Part shown: positions 18,527 to 27,569 of the stretch, piece by piece
How the letters are laid out: every line of letters starts with the position of its first letter
Numbering within the stretch: position 1 is the stretch's first letter
Origin: a virus
Taxonomy: Duplodnaviria; Caudoviricetes
Length of the DNA: 39,233 nt
Direction: 5' to 3' (one strand)
Virus record (IMG/VR): IMGVR_UViG_3300022670_000191
Coordinates: 1 to 39,233 of that record
Notes under the pieces: generated by a model
Told to the model about the DNA's origin: nothing
Seen by the model: the letters and a program-made list of their open reading frames with translations, nothing else
Database searches by the model: none
Made by a program: the position numbers and the translations under genes

Positions 18527-19974
18527 GCAGCGAGTCCTCCTCCTTGTCCCGCTATACCGCCAGCACCTGCGAGTCCGCCTGATCTTACAAGACTAGACAT
18601 GATCCTTCCACCTGCTACTGCGAATAAACTGGATAGTCGAATAGCAGTGAACGCACCATTCTGGCAAACCAGCGTGCCTGTCGTTTGGCTGAAAGTACTA
18701 TCATTCCAAACGTGTATGTCATCTTCAGCGCTCAATCCTGTTAACAATGTACCGCACATAATAGCGCCGTGGTCTGCTGTTTGGGTAGAGCGGTGATAAG
18801 TGGTTGCCCCTGCGGTTTCGTCATTGGTCGTATTCACTCGAAATTGCATGCTCGGAACTGCACGTGCTGCGGTTAAGCCAGCATCTGCTGTAACGGCTTG
18901 GTTCGCCATGACAATATAATCGTCAGCATTATCAACTTCTATGTTTGAATTTCCTGTCGTGTGCGTAAAAGCGGCCGTATCGATATGTGGGTTGGTATCC
19001 CACGCGAATACTGCGGCTGTCGATTCATTGAACAATCCAGTGGTTGCCTCAACTGTACAAGATTCAGTTCCACTGGGTAACTCAATCAGTGTAAGAGCAG
19101 CTTCCCAGTCATCACCTCCTAACTCCCTTGATACAATTTCAAAAATCAGGTCATCACCGGAACTGGGATAGATAATACACATCCCCGACATGGCGGCTTT
19201 GTTTAAGTCATCAGAATTTCTCGGACCGTACACTTGATTCCAGGAGCCTGGAACAATTGTGCCTGCGTTAAGGTTTAACCGTATCTGGCTTTCAGCTCGG
19301 TTTGCCGTGTTCTGTGTAGTTAGCCTGGCCGTAAAAAGGACCAGTACAGCGTTCGTTGTGGCTATGTCCACACTATTGGTAGAACGTGTAAAAGGAGAGT
19401 CTTCTTCGGCGGTCGTTTGGATATTGAGTGTTGTGGCAGCGTTATCCGTAACGCTTGCAGTGACAGAGGCCGATGACGTATAGCGTCCATAGCCAAATGT
19501 ATCATCGAGCTTAATGATCGTAACACCAGAACGAGTAGCCGCAATCCTCAAAGGAAGTGGAGACGCTACAGTATTGTCATCACGGATATGATGAATAAAG
19601 AATTCATCTCCATTGCCAGTCGTTGTTGTGACGCTGACAACTGCAAAACCCTGCACAATATATTCTTCAGTGAGTCCGTTTTGGCGTGAGTGTCCAGTAC
19701 AACTACCGGCAATAATATCGGAACCTGCAAAAGTAATCCGAGATTCCCACCCAATACGACTACCATCATCTGGGTCAGTACATCGTATAGCGTCTGACCA
19801 CATAATCAGGAAATGGCCTGTTTCCCCAAGCGTAAACGTACCTGCGCTATGCGTAATACCAGAACCCTGATTAGCAACAGCAGTGTCCCAGATCAAAGTC
19901 AGATCACCACTGGTGTTAGCAATCGTATCGACATTAGCGTTGTTTCGCCGTACTACAAAATCACCAGCAGCCAT
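18523..19974 (-). CDS. Protein with three tandem C1q/BclA-like domains (accessory module gene 2)
   Basis: Three repeats of a WDT/IQT...(F/I)T(H/R)...I...(F/Y)(L/I)(I/V) pattern; Gly-rich C-terminal tail. Confidence 0.6.
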   Translation of the reverse strand: MAAGDFVVRRNNANVDTIANTSGDLTLIWDTAVANQGSGITHSAGTFTLGETGHFLIMWSDAIRCTDPDDGSRIGWESRITFAGSDIIAGSCTGHSRQNGLTEEYIVQGFAVVSVTTTTGNGDEFFIHHIRDDNTVASPLPLRIAATRSGVTIIKLDDTFGYGRYTSSASVTASVTDNAATTLNIQTTAEEDSPFTRSTNSVDIATTNAVLVLFTARLTTQNTANRAESQIRLNLNAGTIVPGSWNQVYGPRNSDDLNKAAMSGMCIIYPSSGDDLIFEIVSRELGGDDWEAALTLIELPSGTESCTVEATTGLFNESTAAVFAWDTNPHIDTAAFTHTTGNSNIEVDNADDYIVMANQAVTADAGLTAARAVPSMQFRVNTTNDETAGATTYHRSTQTADHGAIMCGTLLTGLSAEDDIHVWNDSTFSQTTGTLVCQNGAFTAIRLSSLFAVAGGRIMSSLVRSGGLAGAGGIAGQGGGLAA

Positions 19975-21356
19975 TAGTCATTACGACCCGTAACAATATT
20001 ACGATACTTAAACGCCTCATAGATTGAATACATATTCTGATTCTTAGTCTTTTGTTTGAACGAGTCTTTGTATCGAAGCACAGCACCGTAGAATAAATTA
20101 TCCCCATATTCAATCATCTTATTGTCATTTGTTATTGAGGCCAGCCACCAATAGTTAATGACGTTCATCATTTGGATATTATCGGCTTTGTAAGCATTGG
20201 TACTTCTGTAGTAAGCAACATTGTTCTGCACCATAGGATCGCCAAGCAACCTGTCTCCACCAGACCCAGGACCACCACCATCATTAGCGGTATGTGTTCT
20301 TGTGACCCGACAATACTCTGACGATTTGGGATAGGGGTCTGTGTCTAAGCCATCGGCTACAAGCCAATTCAAAACATCCTCACAAGCTGCGATTGAATCT
20401 GTCCACGTATTTGTGATAAAACTAGTTGAACCGTATTCTCCATTTAGGACTTGTGCAGGGAAAAATTGTTCTGGGTTTTCTCCATTTTCAATAAACCATT
20501 CTCTACACACTCGTATAGCATCTATCGTCAGAGCGATCATAAACGGAGCTGTATCGTCATCCGATTTATTCGGTGTGTCTTGGTTCAGAAATTCATTGCG
20601 CCAACGATAAAGATGATTGATCATCATCTCATAAACGAACGGAATGGTTTCATTGCCCTGTTGTGGGTCTTTATATCGTCCTAGCCCCTGCATCTCGTAG
20701 TAAACAAGAGCTTTTGCCAGTAGTGCTGCAGGACGAGATCGAGAGGTATAGCGTCCATGATACTGGTGAGTCGTATCCTCAGCAGACCCCATCTTGTATT
20801 CATTTAGCCTGGAGAATGAGAAATTACCCTCGACATGCCCGATAATGTCTTGTTCTGTGGCTTCTCCTCTCTGTACGGCGTGATAGACAGCGTCAGCAGC
20901 TCTGTGCCACGCAGATGATGGTCCAACACCCCAACGGCTCAGTTGTACTTGTAGAGCCTTAGAACGTCCAGCACTGAGATCATCGACTGTATTGCCTGTT
21001 CTTATTGCCCACTCAGTGTGTTGCAGTAAATTATCATAAGCTGAATAAAAGACTGTTCTAGGACCGTTTTCTTTGTATTCGTCAGCTTCCCAGTCATTTC
21101 CACCAGCAGCGAAGTTGTCAGCAGAGGCTTTTGCCATCTGCGTCCAGTTGGGGACGAAATCAGCATAGCCTGGCGGTGCCTCTGGAGGTTGTAAAATAAG
21201 CGCTACATCAACCTCCCGGTCTGGACACTTGATTCTATAGGTTCCGGTACCGTCCTCGGTTATAGCCTCGTAACATTCATCTCTTGAGGTATGTTGAGAT
21301 AGGAATGAGCCATCAGGACGTATAGCGCGATAATAGCCCTTGCGAGTGATCTTCAT
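19974..21356 (-). CDS. Hypothetical 460-aa protein, possible alpha-helical carbohydrate-active enzyme (accessory module gene 1)
   Basis: Short N-domain, PPEAPPG linker, aromatic-rich helical body; SD GAGG; function is inference only. Confidence 0.5.
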   Translation of the reverse strand: MKITRKGYYRAIRPDGSFLSQHTSRDECYEAITEDGTGTYRIKCPDREVDVALILQPPEAPPGYADFVPNWTQMAKASADNFAAGGNDWEADEYKENGPRTVFYSAYDNLLQHTEWAIRTGNTVDDLSAGRSKALQVQLSRWGVGPSSAWHRAADAVYHAVQRGEATEQDIIGHVEGNFSFSRLNEYKMGSAEDTTHQYHGRYTSRSRPAALLAKALVYYEMQGLGRYKDPQQGNETIPFVYEMMINHLYRWRNEFLNQDTPNKSDDDTAPFMIALTIDAIRVCREWFIENGENPEQFFPAQVLNGEYGSTSFITNTWTDSIAACEDVLNWLVADGLDTDPYPKSSEYCRVTRTHTANDGGGPGSGGDRLLGDPMVQNNVAYYRSTNAYKADNIQMMNVINYWWLASITNDNKMIEYGDNLFYGAVLRYKDSFKQKTKNQNMYSIYEAFKYRNIVTGRND

Positions 21357-21503
21357 CCTCTGGGTATTCCTCGCAAATCAATTCCAACTCACACAGGAAC
21401 CCATTGAGAAGGCAAAATACCCTCCCACAAATCAGTCTTACGTGTGTTACGTCCCCCATAGCATGTCTTCATGGCTTGCATGCGGCGAAGTATACATTGT
21501 TTT

Positions 21504-21686
21504 TCAGGGGGATATGCTGCTAGCCGGAGTCACCTTCAGCCCTTGAGCCGCAGTCTGGACAGAAATACATTTGGTATCCCTCGCTGTCTTCATATTCGTA
21601 TTGCCCGTCATGCGGGCATTCATCGGGCGTGTATTCTCGGTTTTCTCCGTATTTGCCAGTTGGCATTTTACTTTCCTCAGTGACAA
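21504..21686 (-). CDS. Uncertain 60-aa ORF
   Basis: TTG start with a strong SD (GGAGAGGGG) but atypical composition. Confidence 0.3.
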   Translation of the reverse strand: MSLRKVKCQLANTEKTENTRPMNARMTGNTNMKTARDTKCISVQTAAQGLKVTPASSISP

Positions 21687-21770
21687 CTAACCCCTCTCCC
21701 TTAGTAGGTAGGTGACGAGTCTACCAATGGGGAGATCCAACCTCTGGACTTTGCCTTAGTCCCCGTTCTG

Positions 21771-21962
21771 TTAGTCAGTCAGAACGTCCCTGTATTCTTG
21801 GTGATTCGCGTATTCAGATTGTCTCTTACAGGAATAGCAGTACATCACTTCGCGATACTGTCTTTCATTGAAACGAACAAACCACTCGCTCAATGTATGA
21901 CCACACTCGCAATGTGCAAACTTATCTTGGAAGATTCTTTCTAGATACTTGATAATACTCAT
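21771..21962 (-). CDS. Small Zn-ribbon protein
   Basis: CECGH...CYSCK. Confidence 0.55.
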   Translation of the reverse strand: MSIIKYLERIFQDKFAHCECGHTLSEWFVRFNERQYREVMYCYSCKRQSEYANHQEYRDVLTD

Positions 21963-22179
21963 AAATCACCATTAAAGTTACCGTAAAGGCGAGCAGAGAG
22001 TGTTTGGCATATGCGCTCTGGCGAAATCTCGATAGCCTTTCTGTCCGTTCAGGCGGCTTATTCCTAGTGCTTTCGTGACGGGTACGAGAAATAGCCAAGA
22101 CATCAGATATTGTGTTAGACTTGCCGAACAATATTTCCATGGGTAGCTCAGGTGGTCTGATTTCTATTAAGCTATTCCT

Positions 22180-22223
22180 AACGCCCCTCGATTTCGCAGT
22201 CTTGGGGCGTTTTTATTGTATCA
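22180..22223 (-). promoter_or_regulatory. Candidate late promoter (extended -10 TGaTACAAT) followed by a hairpin
   Basis: -10 at 22215-22220 with TG at 22222-22223. AACGCCCC/GGGGCGTT stem at 22180-22211 also has a T-tract on the plus strand. Confidence 0.45.
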
Positions 22224-22249
22224 CCTTTGAAGTCGCGAAGAGATTTAAT

Positions 22250-22597
22250 TCATTTCCTAGGTTTTCGCGGGAACGTTGTCAGAACTCGGTAATTATGCGC
22301 TGCCAACCCACGCCACCAAGCCCAGTCTCGGTACATTTGGATGGCCTCACGACGTCTGTAACGTGTCTGACTAGGTGTCATCTTCTGACCGCTATCGTAT
22401 TTCTCCCAGCACTCAAAAGCTAAGTCCGGGCTGTAGTCTTCATGTTCGTGATAATTCCAACCACCTTGAAAGTCACACATAAATGCGTCCTTGGTTTCAG
22501 CTTTCAATGATTCAATTTCACGTTCGTGCAACCGTCGTTCTCGCGGACTAAGTGATACATAGAAACCACAATTAGGACAAGTGTCAGTCATGCTCAT
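22250..22597 (-). CDS. Hypothetical protein with CxxC
   Basis: CPNCG; SD AAAGG. Confidence 0.5.
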   Translation of the reverse strand: MSMTDTCPNCGFYVSLSPRERRLHEREIESLKAETKDAFMCDFQGGWNYHEHEDYSPDLAFECWEKYDSGQKMTPSQTRYRRREAIQMYRDWAWWRGLAAHNYRVLTTFPRKPRK

Positions 22598-22611
22598 GAA
22601 GATGCCTTTTC

Positions 22612-22962
22612 CTATTTAGAAAGCAGAGCTTCAACATGCGCAATAAGGTTCTCTCGGTCCTTGTGGCATGCCTCAAAATCACCATACCGCTGACGAACAA
22701 CCGTCTCATGGCGCATCTTTGTGGAGTGAAAATTGTACTCGGCATATTGATCGTCAGGGCGAGTGATCTTATTCAAATCTCTAGCGTAGCTAAGTTCCTT
22801 TGCTAGATATTCGATCTGTTCGGCGGCCTCAACTTGGATAATAGTGCGAGACTTTCTAAGAGCTACGATCAGGCTATTCCTGTCATCAATTTCAGCTTGC
22901 TCAATTTGACCAAAAATACCGGCCAATTCAGATCCTGTATCTGCGACATATATTTTATTCAT
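22612..22962 (-). CDS. Hypothetical protein
   Basis: ORF track; SD GGTG. Confidence 0.55.
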   Translation of the reverse strand: MNKIYVADTGSELAGIFGQIEQAEIDDRNSLIVALRKSRTIIQVEAAEQIEYLAKELSYARDLNKITRPDDQYAEYNFHSTKMRHETVVRQRYGDFEACHKDRENLIAHVEALLSK

Positions 22963-23188
22963 CGTTTCACCAATTCATAATGCTCATCAATAATCTTCAG
23001 GCTTCTGACCATACCGTGTAGCATATCAGTGGGATCGTGCATTTCCTGATTCCAAAATTGCTACGAATTCGGCGACATCTTCAGGCGGTTTACGATCAAG
23101 GTCTTTCTCGCATCGCCAGATACCGGGAACACCCTTCTCATTTATGCGAAAGACCGTGGTTCCGTCTTGAGGGCCTAGCCCGCACCAT

Positions 23189-23398
23189 TCACATTTCATT
23201 GGCTTCAGCCTCTTGCATATCAATTCGGAACCATTTCGATCCACCAGATTTTGGCAATACATTGAATTCAATAGTGTCATCACGCATACAGAATCCAACC
23301 CGATTGCCCTCTGCGGTCTCTAAGTAAGCACCACTGAATACCTCCTTGATAATTGGGGTGGCGTTCTTGTCGTAATCAATTTTCATCTCGTACTCCAT
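23189..23398 (-). CDS. Hypothetical protein
   Basis: ORF track; operon-coupled. Confidence 0.5.
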   Translation of the reverse strand: MEYEMKIDYDKNATPIIKEVFSGAYLETAEGNRVGFCMRDDTIEFNVLPKSGGSKWFRIDMQEAEANEM

Positions 23399-23411
23399 AA
23401 TTGCCGTGCTT

Positions 23412-23708
23412 TCATTTTAACTTGCCCTCTTTCTCCAGCGCCACAATAGTCCTGAGACAGCCTTCAGCATGAGCCAGCCTAACGGCCATTCTGTCACCTT
23501 CATAGGGCTTACGGTTGTCACAATAATCATGACACGAGCCACATGCCCATGCCGCCATAATGTCGGGTGGCTTCATTCCTGTTCCTGAATATCCAGCAAG
23601 CCTGTAATGGGCGAGTACAGTAGTTTGACCACCACCATCACAACCCGGTAGTCTTATCTGGCAATCCTGGTTACGGGCGAATTGACGCAAAGAGATAGAT
23701 TTATTCAT
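23412..23708 (-). CDS. DUF1364 / YbcO-like putative nuclease
   Basis: ARNQDCQIRLPGC...TTVLAHYR...GTGMKPPD...AWACGSCHD signature. Confidence 0.85.
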   Translation of the reverse strand: MNKSISLRQFARNQDCQIRLPGCDGGGQTTVLAHYRLAGYSGTGMKPPDIMAAWACGSCHDYCDNRKPYEGDRMAVRLAHAEGCLRTIVALEKEGKLK

Positions 23709-23940
23709 TAATCGCCCCCTGTGCATAGGCCATCACATTAGACTCCGCCTCATCGACTTCCTTCTTTAGTTTTTCGATCTGAATATCTCGGCGATCCTCA
23801 CAATCCGTAGCACTTATGGCCATTGCAATAATAGTCTTAATCAGATGCGCTATTTTTTCTTCGTCTGTCATCCACCACGTAGCAGAATGAATCAGAATTT
23901 CCTGCGTTAGCTGACATTGTTTCTTTGCTTCGCTAGTCAT
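23701..23940 (-). CDS. Hypothetical protein
   Basis: ORF track; overlaps neighbours. Confidence 0.5.
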   Translation of the reverse strand: MTSEAKKQCQLTQEILIHSATWWMTDEEKIAHLIKTIIAMAISATDCEDRRDIQIEKLKKEVDEAESNVMAYAQGAINE

Positions 23941-24154
23941 CAGGAATATGTACCTTCAATAATTTCAACTTGCATTGTTCCAACAACCATAAGACGCTGC
24001 CACCATCAGCAATACTGGATGCAAATACTTCTTCACCTTCCTTGTCATATCCCATAATTACAACGCTATCCAGTTGGCCTATGGCCCTCTCAAGCACCTT
24101 GTCTGGCGGTGAGTCCAGTCGTGTAATGCAACCAATATCAACTACCTTACTCAT
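23933..24154 (-). CDS. Phage hypothetical protein
   Basis: PDKVLERA...VVIMGYDKEG...LWLLEQCK. Confidence 0.6.
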   Translation of the reverse strand: MSKVVDIGCITRLDSPPDKVLERAIGQLDSVVIMGYDKEGEEVFASSIADGGSVLWLLEQCKLKLLKVHIPDD

Positions 24155-24467
24155 CAGTCACTATCCTTATTGCCTCATCTTCGTTTCTTGCGAAACCACC
24201 CGGCCATAGTTCAAAGAACTTGATCTGTTCTTCGGATTCCACGTTGAGGCCATCAGGGTTCTTAACTTCAATGAATCGCACTCGGCCTCTGTACAATGTG
24301 GCGAGATCAACCAGGTTGTCGAGTTGTTCCACAACACAACCGATGGCTTGCAGTGCTTTGATGATGTCAGGTTCATTTAAGTCCCTCGCCTTTGCATATT
24401 TGGGTTGGCTACGTTTCACTTTCGATGGCCTCCAGTGCCTTGATAATATCGCCTTCGTTGTCATCAC
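24147..24467 (-). CDS. VRR-NUC / PD-(D/E)XK endonuclease (resolvase-like)
   Basis: RDLNEPDII...VDL...FIEVKNP...SEEQIKF. Confidence 0.8.
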   Translation of the reverse strand: MMTTKAILSRHWRPSKVKRSQPKYAKARDLNEPDIIKALQAIGCVVEQLDNLVDLATLYRGRVRFIEVKNPDGLNVESEEQIKFFELWPGGFARNEDEAIRIVTDE

Positions 24468-24495
24468 GTTTGTTTCCGTATCGGCTTAGAGGCAC

Positions 24496-24714
24496 TTAAT
24501 CTCCAGTCTTGCCGGCCATCATTTCATTGAATGGATTAACACCGGGATTAGTGACGGATCCATTATTCTTGATATCAGCCCACGACCATCCCTCAGCACC
24601 ATCAACATGCAGGTGGAAGTTAATTTCGTCTTTCGGCAACTCTGGGTGTTTTGTATCACGCAGAACTTTCTGAACTGCATCTGAAATATCTCGTTTCTGT
24701 TGTACTGAAAACAT
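24496..24714 (-). CDS. Phage hypothetical protein
   Basis: SD AGGAG; HPELP...WSWADI. Confidence 0.6.
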   Translation of the reverse strand: MFSVQQKRDISDAVQKVLRDTKHPELPKDEINFHLHVDGAEGWSWADIKNNGSVTNPGVNPFNEMMAGKTGD

Positions 24715-24806
24715 TTCTATCTCCTATTGAAGTATCAAACTGATAATAGCAGCCCACATTAATAGACTAAGCATTAGCATTCCAAGAAAACATAGGAATC
24801 TCCAGT

Positions 24807-25100
24807 TCATGAGCGCTTCTGTTTAGCAACCATAATAACGGCATCACGATATTCGCTATCTAACTCCTGAACTTCCTCAGTAAGCTCTGCAAAAGGAATG
24901 AGTGAACGATGTTTTGGCTCTGACTTTGTTTGCCATACAGACCAAGCATCGTGTATATGCTCATTGGTACAGTTTACCCCAACCACCAACACCAGAATTG
25001 CGTACACACCTAATAAATCCGAGTAATCCGTTCCACTCATGTTTAGAATATCGTCTAGGGCGTCCTCAATATTTTCGATGTAGTTAGCGTTAGTCATCAT
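24807..25100 (-). CDS. RyR-domain-like small protein
   Basis: IHDAW...HRSLIPFAELTEEVQELD pattern. Confidence 0.5.
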   Translation of the reverse strand: MMTNANYIENIEDALDDILNMSGTDYSDLLGVYAILVLVVGVNCTNEHIHDAWSVWQTKSEPKHRSLIPFAELTEEVQELDSEYRDAVIMVAKQKRS

Positions 25101-25314
25101 CTGATTCCATTATTTTATACGCTACGTAATGCAATACTCCGACCGTCCATATGCGTGAATCAATCTCAGTTGTCCACCACTCCAAATGACGTTCGCCATT
25201 TTCTTTTCGATAAGATCGAAGCACACACAATTCTTCGGTGTCATCACGATCATTAAGGCTTTCTAAGATACTCTCTACAGTTGCCGCCCGACCAATCTTA
25301 ATGACATTATTCAT
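25090..25314 (-). CDS. Hypothetical protein
   Basis: ORF track; coupled. Confidence 0.5.
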   Translation of the reverse strand: MNNVIKIGRAATVESILESLNDRDDTEELCVLRSYRKENGERHLEWWTTEIDSRIWTVGVLHYVAYKIMESDDD

Positions 25315-25643
25315 GATCGTCTGTCCAATCCTCTGTTAGTGGCTTCCTCGGATCTCCAAACATCGAATTCAGCAAAGGATAGTTTCATAAATGTCTCGGC
25401 TGTTTTCCAGTCACAATAGGCATTAGCTTTATCTTCTACCCCTTGCTTATATTCTGGCCGTCTTTTAACCCACGCATCAATAGCAGGAACCGTTGTCAGT
25501 GACGTTGGAGCCAAGTCCCTTAGTTGGGCATAGATTATCTTCAATCGTTCGTCAGAAGTCTCCTTAGCGCCGTAACAGCGACCGTATGAGCCACTATCGA
25601 CACGTTCTCGTATTCGGTCAAGGGTCTTTCGAATATCGCTCAT
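25311..25643 (-). CDS. Helical protein, possibly UvsY-like recombination mediator
   Basis: PEY...DVWRSEEATNR C-terminal pattern. Confidence 0.4.
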   Translation of the reverse strand: MSDIRKTLDRIRERVDSGSYGRCYGAKETSDERLKIIYAQLRDLAPTSLTTVPAIDAWVKRRPEYKQGVEDKANAYCDWKTAETFMKLSFAEFDVWRSEEATNRGLDRRS

Positions 25644-25645
25644 AA

Positions 25646-25807
25646 CTATTTCCGACAGGCTTTCAATAAGTCAAGTTTCGATATGCCAAATGCCTCTGCT
25701 GCCTCCCATATGTCTTTGTGTGATTGATCAGACATTTCTGCATTAACTGCCAATGCCATAAGTAGATTAAGAAGCTTTGTTACAGCTAATTTTTGTTCTT
25801 CGGTCAT
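25646..25807 (-). CDS. 53-aa hypothetical protein
   Basis: Manual translation MTEEQKLAVTK...ACRK; ATGA overlap. Confidence 0.5.
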   Translation of the reverse strand: MTEEQKLAVTKLLNLLMALAVNAEMSDQSHKDIWEAAEAFGISKLDLLKACRK

Positions 25808-26061
25808 ACCCTCATCTCGTGTTGTGGTTCTATTCTCTGCGGCTCACAATACCGAATGATTCGCCACTTTCTTCCTCCTGGTCTTTTCCCGTGTACAGGA
25901 GTATGTGTAAACGTCCACCTGACGCCCGCATCGTCGCCCTGTGACCGCAATTCACCTATTCTGCTGGATAGCTCGAATATATACATATTGGCTGCTGTAG
26001 CACGTGTAATGCCGCCGAATTTGAGGATGTGATCAAGAATCTCTTGACGCTGAGTTTTCAT
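25804..26061 (-). CDS. Winged helix-turn-helix DNA-binding protein (HTH_39-like)
   Basis: MKTQRQEILDHI...GGIT...LSSRIGELRSQG; SD AAGGAG. Confidence 0.75.
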   Translation of the reverse strand: MKTQRQEILDHILKFGGITRATAANMYIFELSSRIGELRSQGDDAGVRWTFTHTPVHGKRPGGRKWRIIRYCEPQRIEPQHEMRV

Positions 26062-26248
26062 TATCGTTCTCCTTGGCCATGCGCATCGCATCTTCAAAGG
26101 ACATTTGTTCACGATAAGCATAAGGCTCTATCAATATTTCGACAATCCTTCTCAATTGCAGGTTCTGAAAATCAAGTCCTTGTATTCGATTTTGGTCTTC
26201 CCTACGATCCATCAAACAATACTTATTCTCACAAGGTCCGTCGTTCAT
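26033..26248 (-). CDS. Hypothetical protein
   Basis: ORF track; coupled. Confidence 0.45.
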   Translation of the reverse strand: MNDGPCENKYCLMDRREDQNRIQGLDFQNLQLRRIVEILIEPYAYREQMSFEDAMRMAKENDNENSASRDS

Positions 26249-26466
26249 TATTCGCTCTCCGGTGGTTCTGGGAGGGGTTGCCAGTGGGTTACATCAATCC
26301 ACGCTGGAGCAGTATTCGATGCGCTACCGTCGCCACGCGGATAAGTAAACCAAGGCTCATGCATTCCGTAGCACATACACGACTCAAAAACGATGCCATT
26401 GCGGTTATAAGCAAGAAAGTGTTCGTGCGGTGCTGGCAATCTATCCTCAATCGATATCCACTTCAT
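26248..26466 (-). CDS. DUF551 family protein
   Basis: MKWISIEDRLP...VTHWQPLPEPP. Confidence 0.88.
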   Translation of the reverse strand: MKWISIEDRLPAPHEHFLAYNRNGIVFESCMCYGMHEPWFTYPRGDGSASNTAPAWIDVTHWQPLPEPPESE

Positions 26467-26852
26467 CGTTCTATCTCCACCATTGGATTAAACTCACAAT
26501 CAGACCATTGACTTGAGATAAGGGCTTGGTTGAATCGGTCTGCAGGATGGTATTTGTCTGCGTAGAGTCTTAGGGCTTTGGCGCATTCTGGGGCTGAATC
26601 TTTCCATTTATGCGATCCACAAAACAATGTAAGTTCAGGAAAACTAGCTTGCCTCTTAATACCAAGAGCACGACAAACATCCCGGCCTAAACCGTGTTTT
26701 TTACAACTCATGCCAAGATGAAACCCTATCCACCCCAAGGCGCAAGCTGGCGAACCACAATCCGGTATATCAACCGAATCATAATCAAACATCTTCGGAT
26801 TCTGCTCAATCGAATCTGCTGCTTTCAGTATTGCTGTTCTGATGTTCATCAT
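26463..26852 (-). CDS. Phage hypothetical protein (CGSPACALGW motif)
   Basis: SD AGGAG; Cys motif. Confidence 0.6.
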   Translation of the reverse strand: MMNIRTAILKAADSIEQNPKMFDYDSVDIPDCGSPACALGWIGFHLGMSCKKHGLGRDVCRALGIKRQASFPELTLFCGSHKWKDSAPECAKALRLYADKYHPADRFNQALISSQWSDCEFNPMVEIER

Positions 26853-26876
26853 TGTTCTCCTGGTTATCTGTAGCCT

Positions 26877-27122
26877 CTATTTACTTGGCTCTAAATCTTT
26901 CGTATTGCCTGAATATGGGCATAGCTCCTTCTTGATCCGAATACCATCAACGACTTTGTTTGCAGGGCGTTCATGATGATAAAAGGTCTGCAAGTACTCG
27001 TAGACAGCTACATAACGCCCACAACCTGGGCACCGAATATCACCCTCATCTCTTGGGTGATCTAAAGTATTGGGATATGAAAAACCCCTTTCCCAACTCC
27101 TATCTGTATAATCCCAAGCCAT
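26877..27122 (-). CDS. Small Zn-binding protein
   Basis: CPGCGR...H...CPYSG. Confidence 0.55.
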   Translation of the reverse strand: MAWDYTDRSWERGFSYPNTLDHPRDEGDIRCPGCGRYVAVYEYLQTFYHHERPANKVVDGIRIKKELCPYSGNTKDLEPSK

Positions 27123-27124
27123 AG

Positions 27125-27556
27125 TTATAAACCAGCAGCTTTAGCGTCTGCTACTATTTTCATCTCTGCCTCACGCATTGCAGCAAGCTCTGTGTTGATG
27201 CGCCTCATCTCTCTGGTACCCCTTGGACCTATGCGTGTTCTGTGTACTTTTATTTCTAGGCCATCAGGTAAAAATTTAGGCCACTGACTAAGCGACCTGA
27301 AAACCTTTGAGGTAAACCACTCACCGGCTAATCGTTCTTTCTTAAATCGTGTATGGAATTTAGCCTCACAGTGAGCAGCCTGGAACTCACTCATTGGACC
27401 TATCGTTATGGCAACCTCTAAAACCTTTGGATTACCAGTCTGTAATTCAGATAGTCGTTTCTGAGGATTGCGAGCAATACCAATCTTTACACACGAATCA
27501 CCTTTAACTTTCTGATGATATGTCTCAACTATGAAATATATGTACTTAGTAGCCAT
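27125..27556 (-). CDS. GIY-YIG superfamily nuclease (T5orf172/MUG113-like)
   Basis: YIYFI...VKIGIARNPQKRLSELQTGNP...EAKFHTRF...GEWF. Confidence 0.85.
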   Translation of the reverse strand: MATKYIYFIVETYHQKVKGDSCVKIGIARNPQKRLSELQTGNPKVLEVAITIGPMSEFQAAHCEAKFHTRFKKERLAGEWFTSKVFRSLSQWPKFLPDGLEIKVHRTRIGPRGTREMRRINTELAAMREAEMKIVADAKAAGL

Positions 27557-27569
27557 ATGACCCTTTATG

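Noticed and set aside
3165-21171. Numerous plus-strand ORFs of 60-160 aa over the structural operon
   Set aside because: They are antisense shadows of well-supported minus-strand genes, with no start signals or motifs.
21504-21513. CCCTGAAAAA resembling lambda nut boxB
   Set aside because: The 3' arm (GGGC) is absent, so no stem forms, and no boxA was seen.
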